NCBI GenBank assembly: GCA_030248215.1 | Contig: JASANG010000611.1 | Coordinates: forward strand, 62,001-126,000 | DNA: 64,000 nucleotides | Direction: 5' to 3' | DNA from: Enoplolaimus lenunculus | Taxonomy: Eukaryota | Part shown: positions 1-12,100 of the stretch, one piece after another | How positions within the stretch are numbered: the first letter of the stretch is position 1 | How the letters are laid out: each line of letters begins with the position of its first letter | Notes under the pieces: generated by a model | Told to the model about the DNA's origin: nothing | What the model saw: the letters and a program-made list of their open reading frames with translations, nothing else | The model's database searches: none | Made by a program: the position numbers and the translations under genes

Positions 1-571
1 GGAAGTGTACAAGAACCGCCAGTTTGTCGGTACAAATTTGTTGCTAAGTTTCTATTAAGGACATGGCCTTAGAGTTTGCATCCCAGTGGTATCAGTAACA
101 CCATATAATGGACACTTTCTTATTTAACCGTTAAACAATTTACCAATTTTCAATTTAACCGTTAAACAATTTACCAATTTTCATCAAAAAACATATTTTA
201 GTTGTTTTTTCGGTGCCGACTTTATGAATGTAAACTACTGTGTGCACCACTGGGTGTCTGAGTGTAATCTAATGGCATATCCATGGCATTTTCGAAGAAG
301 GATCTGAAGACAGTGAGTATGTTGAAACTTCCCCTGTGAGTATGCAGAACGAAAAGTTGTTTTGCATTTAACCTACGATGTTTGAACATTTTAAGACACA
401 TTTAAAGCAATACGTCTAGTGGCAGTATATATATTTATTTCTATATTTATTGATTTATTTATATTTATATATAATATATATATTTATATACTGCCGAAAT
501 AATGGTAATTTCAAAACACATCACAGTTTCATAGTTGTTCACTAATCAACTGTAAATTTAAATTTTTACAG

Positions 572-2924
572 ACTTTTATTGTCCTGCCGATAAATGTGAA
601 TATTGCGACAATCTTGGATGTCCAGCTGATATTGCCCGATGGGAAACCCAAGAAGAGTGTGATGCGAACTGCCCGCCTCGTAAGTACTTACAATTTTAAT
701 AGATGCAAATTGTCGGCTGTTGGTAAAAATCGCGTTATTTGAAAAGGTTTCGCCTGAAATACACGAATCCACGACTATTTTAAGCCTACGAAAACCAAAA
801 CCTACCTTCGGATGTGCTCACTGGCTGATCCAAGAAAAAGCGACCTAGGCCATGGGGACTCAAATGGCATTGGATACGCCACCGGAGAGCAAAGTTTTTA
901 CTACTAAAATTGCGTTTGGCTTCTCACTTGCTTCGCTCACGATGTATCTACTATTATACCTTCGCAGCAACGTAGTCAAAAAATTTCTGTATCCAAAACT
1001 GGCTCGGTTTCCAGCAAAAACACCACAGTTTTCTTTTCAACCAAAAATTTTGCGACCATAAAAAGCTGCGCAATCTGTTCCAGTAAGCACTGGCAGATTC
1101 AGGAGGGTCAATGCAGCATAGACTTTCCAGCAAAAATCAAAACAACGATTTTGTACTGTATTGACCCGAATAAAAGGGCGGTAATAAGAGGGGGTCCCCA
1201 TTTTGAGTCTGAATCAATAGGAGTCCGTATCCAAAATAAGAGTCCGTAAGCGGACATGGTCCCTAAACCGTAATTAGAGTCCATAAATGTCTATTCACCC
1301 TAATTGGAGCGCAGAAATGACTCCAGGAACAAATAATTTGAGTTCGAAACTTTAAAGCGTACTTAAATTTTGAAAGTACATTCCTAAGTATAACCTTGTA
1401 TTATCGCATAAGCTATTGACGCAAGACAAATAAACAATTAATTTAACGGATAATTGCAGTACCGGATATATATCAGTAACGAAGGGAGGCGGAGCGTGGG
1501 TTAAAAATCAATAGCAGTAAGTAACCGAATAACAAGGAGTACCCTCTGGAGAGGCCAAATAAATATCAGTCCCCCCTCTTATTCGGGTCACTACAGTATC
1601 AAGGTTTAACACTAAAATTGCGTCTGGCTTATCGGTTGTTTTGCTCGAGAGGTTTCTGAAACTATAATATCTCACGGATTCCCCCACGCCCTTTTTGAAC
1701 TTTCTGGGTCTGCCACTGTCAATGAGGAACATCTATAGCTTATGACAAATATGGCGTTCCAGAGCCCACCTGCTACTTATGTCGAGAAAGTGGATGCGTG
1801 CCTGCGTACGATATGGGATGTTTCGCAGGCCGAGAGCCAAACTTTAAAAGCCTCGTTGAATGCAGTTCCCAATGCGAAACTGATACAGGCGATAACGAGA
1901 TTGATCAAAATATTGTTTCAGCGGGTAAATTAATTAAATATAATTTTAATATTTTTCCAAACCCACGAGTGTTAAGCACCATTCACTTGTGCAAAATTTT
2001 CACATCGAGAATAAACAACCGAATTGGCAAATTTTCAATATATGAAGCGGCTTTCGAACAAAGCTTGCAGAAAGTTTTCACTCCAAAAACTTGAAGATGT
2101 AGAGTAGCAGATGCGAATGTTGGCTGATAAAAATTTTGTACGCTCAACTTGCAGCTACCAATTCATGATGCAAAAACTTGCTCGTGTGAACAATAAGAGT
2201 TAAACTGTTATTTAGAAATTCAAACAAATCGCGTAGAAAATTGCAAGTTTAATCAAAAGCGATGGACAGAGTACTTGCTGTGACTTGAATTCCCCTTATA
2301 TGACCAAACTTTTCTTGCCGTCACGAGATAACTTTCTGACCTTAGTTCATTGAACACGAATGGTTGTAGTACTCAGGTGGTGCAATCGTTTGAAAATTGC
2401 ATAAATCTGAAACCTTATTTTTACTCTAACAACGGTCAGTTCGTGATTAGTGGATTTATCTTCATGTTTCGAATGTGCTGTTCGAACATAAAAACGAACA
2501 TTTGGCTTCACTGGGACGATAACTCCTGCAGCTACACCAGGCGTGCTTATGCGCTCGTTTTATTAATTATACAGCGTTGTGTTTTAGTATCAATGTAGGC
2601 GTTCTTATTTGTGTATATATTATTACTTAAGCATAAAATTTTTAAAGTGATATATTTAGTTACCAATTTATCTCAAAGACCTCTTGACAAATTTTAAAAT
2701 GGAGGGTAAAGGTGCCATGAAATTTTAAAGAGATATCTAAACTTAAGCACCACAGTGTACATTGTCCAGCCAACAGAATCTAAATGCAAATGTGTTTAAC
2801 TGTTTCAGATAGCGCATCTGAACCGGAACCAAAAACAAAAGGTGCATCAACGATGTACACAAGTGCATGGATTTCACAAATTTTACTGATTGCCGTATTG
2901 CCAGTTTTATTACGAAAACTGTAA
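572..2924 (+). CDS. 3' part of a Cys-rich, probably GPI-anchored surface protein with short Kunitz-like 6-Cys modules; exons 572-679, 1739-1924, 2809-2924; 5' exons not resolved
   Basis: Three exons with AG/GT boundaries join in phase 1 without stops: FYCPADKCEYCDNLGCPADIARWETQEECDANCPP / YDKYGVPEPTCYLCRESGCVPAYDMGCFAGREPNFKSLVECSSQCETD..VSA / DSASEPEPKTKGASTMYTSAWISQILLIAVLPVLLRKL*. The GC..F/W-x-S/T-x-x-EC-x3-C pattern resembles the Kunitz C-terminal half. The terminal hydrophobic stretch with almost no tail resembles a GPI signal. Confidence 0.7.
1154..1598 (+). mobile_element. MITE family A (TA-flanked, Tc1/mariner-type ends, ~430 bp)
   Basis: TIR TACTGTAGTGACCCGAATAAGAGGG..CCCTCTTATTCGGGTCACTACAGTA; internal sequence shared with other copies in the window. 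Confidence 0.85.
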
Positions 2925-3528
2925 TTTGTGACTGTGACTAAAATTATTTTTACAGTTGTTTATTATTATTATTATTATTATTTGAACAATAGTTTGCACG
3001 ACCAGCTGCTTATTTTGAGCAATGTATTGGCTCACGTAGTTTTCTACAAGTGATGGTAGTGAGCGAGACAACAAATGATTATTATTTTAAAGCCTACAAA
3101 GTACCTTTTTCTTGTCTCTATGCAAATTTCAAAAGCAGCTTCCCATATTGTGTTAATGATGTGGACCGGACCGGCTGCGATGCAGTCCGGTCCAAGTTGA
3201 AAGTCGGATCGCGTCGGACCCATCCGCTTCTACGCTCAAGTAACAGACGCTGGTTAACAAATATGTTTTATAAAAGCTTATTACACTGGTTTACATAGCA
3301 TGAAAGACGTTTAGATGTAAATGAAACTTGTCCGACAACCTTACAGTTAAAGTTTTCGCAACAAACGGTACCTTTCAAATACTGTTTGAACCTGGAATTG
3401 GTGTCAGAACCTGGAGTCAATGCAATACGCTGCGGATGTTTATAATAAAATACACAAGTCGTTTTTATTGTACAGACAATATCTCTAAGTTTCTATTATT
3501 TACGGACAGCAGTTTTTTGTCTATTCTC

Positions 3529-3726
3529 GGAATCTACGAGAATTTGTCGACCGACAAGTTGTTGGCCAACAGTGTTTTAAAACCTCTCATTATATCTAAG
3601 CACAATCCTAAGCGTAATCCTAAGCCTACGTCGCAAAGTGATCGACGACGGATTGTTGAGTCGATTAAATTTCCGATTACAAGTTGACGGACGACGAGTT
3701 GTCCGGCGACCAATTTTCGTGATACT
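3529..3726. mobile_element. Second GG-ended, 8-bp-TSD MITE family with internal CCTAAG-type units
   Basis: Imperfect TIRs ggaatctacgagaatttgtcg / cgaccaattttcgtgatact; near-TSD ctattctc/gtattctc; cctaagcgtaatcctaagccta inside. A related remnant ends ..tcgtgacacc near 28004. Confidence 0.65.
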
Positions 3727-4726
3727 GTATTCTCGGATAACCAAGTTTAAATATACGTTTTATGTCACCTTTGCTGCGTATTAATGGAATACATTCCAAC
3801 TATGTACAATTTTCCCCGTATTTAACGTAAGGCTTATAATATGATCTCAAAAGTGATTAGGCACAAGTAAACATTTTTTAAATTTTAGCCGAAATCTTTT
3901 ACGCTTAACGGTAAATAAAGGCGAGCGTATAAGAAATTAGTATATTTAACGCAGAAGTTTGCGTAAATGTTCTTTTTAACCGATAAATGTAGCAACGCAA
4001 CAGAAAAATGAAATTTTTATGATTTTTACACAGTCAGAATTTGCCTGTTTTTAATTATTAATATGAGTTTAAATTACTATAAAATAAATTCATACGGAAA
4101 AAGGTTAATACATAAAATTAACAATCACTGTCTTCCTATTAAAAATCAGCAATTACTGTCGTTGAAATTGCGCTACTGTTACAGTAACAATAGAGTATGC
4201 TTTTCAAAATTGTCTAAATCGCCGAATCTGCAATTGAACTTATATATGCAGATTCGTGCCTGATTTACTACTTTTAATATTGGATATTTTACAAAATTCC
4301 AAGATCGAAAAGTTTTTATAAAAAATCGTAATATCTTTTGTTTTTATCAAACTCGAAGGGTATTTTTAAACACATATTTGATAATTATTATTATTATTAT
4401 TAATATCGAGCAACTCAAGTTGGAAAATTCAACGGTCCAAAGCATCATTTTTACCACTCGCAACAGACAAAAATATGTCGCGACACGCCCGAAGCTTGGA
4501 AGGAGTATTCACAGGAAAATGCTGCCGATAGGTAAATTTTTGAGCCAGGAAAAACTAAATTTGTTTAGATGTGGGCTGTGCCCCGTTGTACACATAGTTG
4601 CGGCTCTATGTCGTAGTAAATAGATTCTGTACGTTCAAGAAACGGTCTTCGAGCATAAGTAAGTACAACTCTGTGTATATTTCAAAAGCATCTGAGCAGT
4701 CGATTTTTACAACTGACCTTCGCTTC

Positions 4727-7700
4727 TCAACCGATGGTATCTGCAAAACGAACCCGTTTAGGCATCGGACCATGAGTTCTGCCCACCGATCCGCCGCGAA
4801 TGCCGGTACAAATGCTGAAACCGTTGTTTTCGTCTGAAAATATTACCGGATCTGAACGAGCAGTCAACGAGCGGCGACAAGTTGCAGTAAGCGCAACTGC
4901 AGGCGATGTTGATCGCACAAATCGCGCAGTGTTACCATGGTTGTTGTTGCTGTTGTTGTTGTTGTTGTTGTTGTTCTTGTTCTTGTTGTTGTTGTTGTTG
5001 TTATTGTTGTCGTATTTCAAAGTTGAGCTCGTTGCGTGAGTGCGTTCTGATTGAACAGATTCTGCAAATGATCTCGTAGGTGCTGGTGGTTTATCTCTGT
5101 ATACGATTGAATTTTTGTTATTTGTGTCGGAAGTCGCTTTATCGTCGCTGATTGCTGGTTCCGCTGAAGCATAGGCGGTTGATATAGTGGCAGTATCTGC
5201 TGCTGCTGCATTATGTGCAGAATTGCCGTTTACTTGCTTATCAATGCGTTCGCAGTTTTCAATCGATGTTGCATACTTTTCAGCGAGATTTTGTAATAGT
5301 TCACTAGGAATAATTGGTGAAATTGTTGACAATCGGCGTGCAGGCGAACTATCTGAATCGCGACGTCTGGGAAGCGCTGTGCTTGAATGTGATTGATCAA
5401 TTTCATTGTGATCGTCAAACCCATTGGATGATGTATGTTGGATTTCAATTTGCTGTTGCGTGTATTCATTGGTTGAAGCGGTGTCGCTATAATTTCCTTT
5501 CATACCATTGGTTGGGTTATGTAACGAAGCCAAATTTAAGTTCTCTGTTGGAAATGAAGAATTATCGATTGATGAACGCTTTCGTTTTGGTCTATACATC
5601 TCAGCTGTCTCACAATCCGGTAAATTCGGAAATTTGCCGGATGTATTAGTTGTAAAATTTGGGTTTGTGCCTGACATTGGTAAAATTACTGAGCCGCTAA
5701 AACTTCGAGCATGCGCACGAGACGGCTGGTGTGCTGACTTATACGAAGCTGCAAAGTCAGCTAATGGAATTTCGACCATTTGATTTACTTGTGGTTGTGC
5801 AACTGGAAACAGAATCGTAGCAAAATGCAAAATTAATAGCATAACATGCAACAAAATACCGCATATTGAAAAAGCTATTTTCAATCACAAAATCATCACA
5901 CTCTCTAAACGTTGAATCACAAGTTTAAGACGCAAAAAATGACTTTATTTGGTGACTGTGTGCAGCGAACCGGTAGCCAGAAGGGGGTTCAGCTCCTTCG
6001 GAAGAATTTTGGCCCCTAGAAAATTTTCAGCTTTGCTTGTCAAAATTGAAAAAAATTGTATGTCCTCTTGAAACATGTTTGCCCTCCCTATCAAGGTGAG
6101 CTGGCTACGAGCCTGTTGTGCAGGAAAGAAATAAACAGGACATTCAAAAATAGTACATCTAATTATTTCAAAATGAGTTTTACACTAATTATTGCATAAC
6201 TAATGTTTCATCCTTTACCACATAGAGCACCACATAGAGCATGCTATGAGACACTAAATGCAAATTGTATACGCGCAATACCTACATATACATTGTGCAG
6301 CGTTAACACTTATTTTAGCTTGAAATTTAATTTCAGATGAAATTAAAATCATTCATGTGCGAAAGGGTTAAGGCCCTCTAAATGCAAACATTTATAAACC
6401 AAAAATACTAAGGTTAAACTATGTTCGACTACCTAGACGATTCCGTGAGCTTGAGTTCAACGCTGGAAACGAACGAGATGTGGATTGGTCAAAATCTCTA
6501 CTGTTGATGGCGGAATTCTTTATATTTTTCTTCAATATCGAAACTGGAACTATTGTTTTCTCTGAAACACAAAATGGAAATACACCTTAATTTAAAAAAC
6601 TGTAAGGTTTCATGAATGTTACTTTTTCCACTGTTTTTGAATAGTTTTTAGTTGCTGGATTCTATCACTTAGTCAATCACTCTTTGTACTGTAGCGACCC
6701 GAATAAGGGGGGAGGGTTAGAAGAGAAGGTCCCCATTTTGATTCCCAATCAATCTGCATTATCTACTAAATTTTACTATTAAGTTATAAACACGTAACAA
6801 AAGGTCAAGAATAGTTACTGGTGGATCGAGGTGGGATGAAAGTCAAGGAGCGGACCCACAAAAAAAGTTAAAGGACGTTGATAGGTTTTAAATCTACGTT
6901 ACATACTGAATAACTACTGTAGTGACCCGAATAAGAGGGGGTAATATGAGTGGGGTCTCCATTTTGAGTCTCAATCAATTATATCCCGTATCCCTAATAA
7001 GAGTCTGTAAATGTCAAGTATCCCTAATTGTAGCGCATAAAAGACTCCAGGACCAAATAATTTGAGTTCGAATCTTTAAAGCGTACTTAAATTTTGAAAG
7101 TAGATTCCTAAGTATAACCATGCATTATCGCTCAAGTTATTGATACAAGACAAATAAACGTTAAATTCAACGAATAGTTGCAGTACCGGATATATCAGTA
7201 ACGAAGGGCGGTGGAGCGTGGGTTAAAAATAAATCACAGTCCGTAACCGAACAACAGGGAGGGGTACCCTCTGGAGAGGCCAAATAAATATCAGTCCCCC
7301 CTCTTGTTCGGGTCACTACAGTACTGCGTGCGATCCGGTATATAAAAGCAAAGTTAATAATAATAATAATGATGATGTAATAATAATAATAGCAACAACA
7401 ACACAACAACAACAACAACACCAACAACAACACCACCTCCACCAACAACAACAACACAACAACAACAACAACACCACCACCAACAACAACAACAACAACA
7501 ATAACAACGTATTTTTCGTTGTACAGAAGAGTCTTTAAGTTACCAAGTTCTAAAAATATTTTTCAACAGTTGAAATCACATCAACTTTTTTTGTAAGGCT
7601 GTGGACGTGAGTATAACCGTGAGTAAAGAATTCCACAGCGCGGGTAAAATCTTCAGTCTCGACCCGCTTAGACTTTTGCTAAAAACGACAAAACATATGT

Positions 7701-9168
7701 GTTTGAACCGTATTATACCGGTTATACATTGATTTACTAGTATAGAATAATCCAGGGTTCCAACCGGAACTAGATATTGTCGGAAGCTTAATCGGAACCG
7801 GAATCGAATGTTTCTGTCGGAACCGGAATCGGAATCAAGTTTTAGCAATTCTATTAAAAAGTTAAAGGTGTATGACTTTAAACTTATGTTGCAGTAACCC
7901 TGTTTCCGTTACTGTTCACAATTTCAGTAGAAATTGTTTATATAGCTGACGGAATACACGTAACAACTCGGAATATTTACTAAGAAAAACCAACAGAATA
8001 ATTGCAAATGAACGAAACAAAACGAAACAAACAAAATCTAAGTTCAATCATCTTAAAAACTCATAACCGAAAAATCAGAATTCCGGCATCGGAAAAGCAG
8101 TCAGCCGGAACCGGAATCGGAAGCGAAATTTTGCCGGAATTTTAGCCGGAATCGGAATTCCGATGGAACCCTGGAATAATCGTTTTGCTAGGAATTATAC
8201 TATATCCGGAGGCCATTCTATGAATTCGGCGAAAATTCGAACGCCGTCTGTGAAAAATTTGCTGGAGGTTCCGCACAATTAGATTGTGACATTTTTTGTA
8301 TTTTCATAAGATTTCTTTCGTTTATTAAGTCGGTTAGTAACTTTTGCGCAATTTATAATGTTTTAAAAACGGAGATTTCTTAAACGAAGGCCTAAAAATG
8401 AACTTTTTGACAAGCAACGCGCTGTGGTAATGAATTCACCATTCGTACATTAAATTAACTGCATCATTTTGTTTCTCACTAACTTCGGTTTTATCTCCGG
8501 CAAATTTTGTTGTCCTCATACTCCGGTAGATGGCACATCCAGTTGCACCCTACCAGTCATTTATAGACGGTGACGGTGTCTTTACATGCAAATGGATCTG
8601 AAGACATTCCCAGGTATATATCCACTACCTCGGTTACAGTTAATTGTCACAACAAAACCTGGGAATGTCTTCAGATCCACTTGTATGTAAAGCTCTTGTA
8701 CACCGTCTATAAATGACTGGTAGGGTGCTACCGGAGGTGCAATCTACCAGTCATTTATAGACGGTGTACAAAAGCTTTACAAACAAGTGGGTCTGAAGAC
8801 ATTTCCGGGTGTATATCCACAACCTCGGCTGCAGTTATTTGTCACAACAAAACCTGGGAAACCACTGATTGCTTCCTTTTGGATAAAGTTCAAAGCATGT
8901 AAAGAAAAGAAAAGTTTTTATTTAAAATCTGTCAGAATTCGCACACCCAAACCTACTTTTATTTAAATGTAGCGGTGGAAGTCTTCCAAGTGGTCCCGCG
9001 GCTTTGCCGTCAAAGTTTTCGTTTCCGCTGGTTCTCATGTCTGCATCGTTTGAACCTTCTGGGTTAACTGCTGTCGCATCACAACTGTCGTGTTCGTAAT
9101 TTACTGCGTGGAGTGGTGTAGGGTGCTCGTACGAACCGGTTTCGTCTGTTATGTCCTTAAAAATTAAG

Positions 9169-9199
<31 letters not shown>

Positions 9200-12100
9200 A
9201 TTTGTTTTATAGATAGCTGTTATCTAGAATAGGCACTGTTTTAGAATAATGTTATTGGCCGTTAGTCCCAAAATTCGTTATGAAACATTCATCTGATCAG
9301 ATAATGTGGATATAAAGCAAGTTTATCACAGCAATCATTGCGATTCAAAGTTAACAGCATATACTGTCGTAACCCAAACTAAAAACAATAGCGTATGAGC
9401 GAAGAGTCGTATTCTCTCAGATGTGCGTAACACCTATCACCAAGCTACCAATATGTCTGACAACTTTTTTGCCATTAAATCATGCTTTATTTTAATTTCT
9501 ACGTCCGCAATGCGGCGGACGTTTTCCATTGCTGTGTCGAATTGATTTTATAGTTGATGTTGAAGTTCGTTCGGTTGAAACGTTCGTTTATTTGAAAATC
9601 TATCGCTAACTGTTTACGAGTGCAACGAACAATCCAATGCAACTATAAGCTAAATCCTTTATATGCTACATGTTTAAACAGATTAAACCGTACCTGACTG
9701 CATTCAGTTAAATTTTTGTCGCTAGTACTGCCATATTCATTTTCGCTAAAACAACATTTGAAAAAATACTAGCCATTGCTGCCTAGAAATCGTATTGGCT
9801 AAACCTAAGCTGAAGTGGAGGTTCGCGAATGTTTTGAAGACGTTAAGCGGTTGAATCGTATTACCGGTTTATGGTAACTATAGCGTCCTGTTCATTAAGT
9901 CTAAGCCTAACCCCAATTCAAGCCTAAGACTAAGCTTAAACCTTACAGCCTTTAATCCATCCTGTATATATCCCTGTCTTTCAATGGGCAGGGTTCTGTA
10001 ATTAACATAGGTACGTTTCGCCCGCGCCATCAAACAGGCATTTATTAGGTTTTAAACAATAAAAACTTACAAATCAAAGAAAGGGCTTCCCCAGTGTAAA
10101 ACAGGTCTCGAACAAAGTCGTAGGCTTTTAGGCTTTTGCTTAATGATATGTCTAGGATTATGTTTACGCTTAAACTTATATTCATACGTAGACATGGGGG
10201 TAGACCTTAATTTAGAGTTAAGCGATCGAGCGTGTTTTATTCGTGAGCGTGAGTGAAACTGATTTGCCCCATCTTGAGCTTGCTACCAACAGTAACATGA
10301 AATATTTGTTAAGTTTACAAAGCACGTACCATTTATTGCGTTGGCAACTTTCTGTTGGCAAGACGATTCGTCTTCCGTTAGCCTAAATTAAAAACTTACT
10401 ACAATTAATCAGTGAAGTGCTTCGTGCGCTTCATACCTTATAGTTGGCGGCTAAAAGGTACAGTGTTAAAGCACAATATAAATTTAACAAACTCAACTTC
10501 GTTGAGGTCAGTCTTTTACTATATTAAGTTTGATGGATGGAAGATCTGCTTAGATGCGTTCATAAAATTATTTTCGCTAAAAATTAAAAGGACGTCAGAT
10601 CAAGTTATGAGCTATTTATGACCGATTTAGCACTGTTTTGTTTGAAAGACTGCTGTTGTCGACGACTCAATATAGCCACTAAGATATATCTCAATGTAGC
10701 AAAAAGCTATCAGTCACGCATGACTTAGGTTCGAGCAGTGCATTTTGGATTGAAATTTCTGGAAGAAAAAATCACCCATTACATGCTTTGCAATCACCTG
10801 CTGGTTCATAAAGGTTAAAAATCAAAGTCTGTTCATGAGATTCTATCCTCCCGTAGTGAAATTCTTGGGTGCGCGTAGCCGGTGAGATTTGAGGTTCAGG
10901 CAGGCCCCCATTCACAAACCAAGACAATTTTTGCAACGGCTTCGCAGAGATTGCAAATAATGAAACAACATCTAGGTTAGCGAAGTTTTCGTCAAAGTTT
11001 TATGCACAAGGTAGGTAAAATGGGGCCTGTGATCTAGCGATCGAAGCACCCTTTTAAGCTCACACGAGACTTTATTTTTTATTGCGACACACCGAGTTTG
11101 ATATTGTGCCAAATTGAAAATCCTGGCTACGCGCCTGAATTATTGTTTAGCCGTTGGGATTCCGACGGCCGCAGAAACAACGAACAGAGCTTGATTATGG
11201 TCTAAATAGCGCTACTAGTGGTTATGATTAATCACATTTACCATATCGGTTGCTTATGCTCAGTTGCTGATAAAGGAAGACTGGTGGGTGACTGTAGATT
11301 TTTCAACGACAATGGTTCTTCTGAAGCTGCAAACCTGTTCTCTACCCCAATATGTGAAACATTATGTCGAAGTTTCGCCACGAATTTATAAATTTGGCGC
11401 ACTCGGAAAAATTGGTCAATCTAAAAACATCGAAATATTTGCTGAAATAGATACACTATTTAACATTTAAATTTCAGAACACAAGATGTATTCTTTTCCG
11501 CCCAGAAATCCTGTATCTGCCATGGCGCATGCTCATACTGACAAATGTGCATTAACCACGTTTAATCTCACAATTTCTCGCTGATTATAAAATGATATCG
11601 AAATCAGTTTCAAAATGCTAAACATTCTACTAACGATTATTTCAGTTGCGTTATGTTGCGCTGGTTCTGTTGTAGCTGCAGTTCTACGTATCGCTCGCCG
11701 TGGAACAATCTGACAGTCGTATTTGCTATGGCAACATGGGCATTTGAATTGTCTCAATGATGACTGAGTCGTGCCACTGCCAATTTCTTGCCTTTCATTG
11801 TTCGCTTCTACCGTTGAAGCTGTTGAGTCTGTTGATGTTGTTGTGGTTGTTGTTGTTGTTGTAGTTGCTTTCGCTTGGTTTGTCTTAGACATAATGTAGT
11901 TGTAAGTTGTAATGCCTCTGTACACTAAAAAGTAACAATAGCAGTACAATGCAGGGAACCCTTTGCCTCTTGCATAGTTTCTGTCTCATGTTAATTTCTA
12001 ATTTTAAGCTAATATACAAATACAGAAGCCACGACTATAAAAGCTTGATGTCAGAGAACGAGGAAACTTTCAAGTTTTGCGGACATTTTGTACTGCGGAA

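Noticed and set aside
202..342. Additional upstream exon of the Cys-rich gene
   Set aside because: Splice-like signals and Cys-rich text are present, but every frame from the acceptor at 200-201 hits a stop before a compatible donor; unresolved.
7167..7507. Poly-Leu/Cys ORFs (also 4800-5039 and 26929-27222)
   Set aside because: Translations of microsatellites or antisense shadows of real exons.
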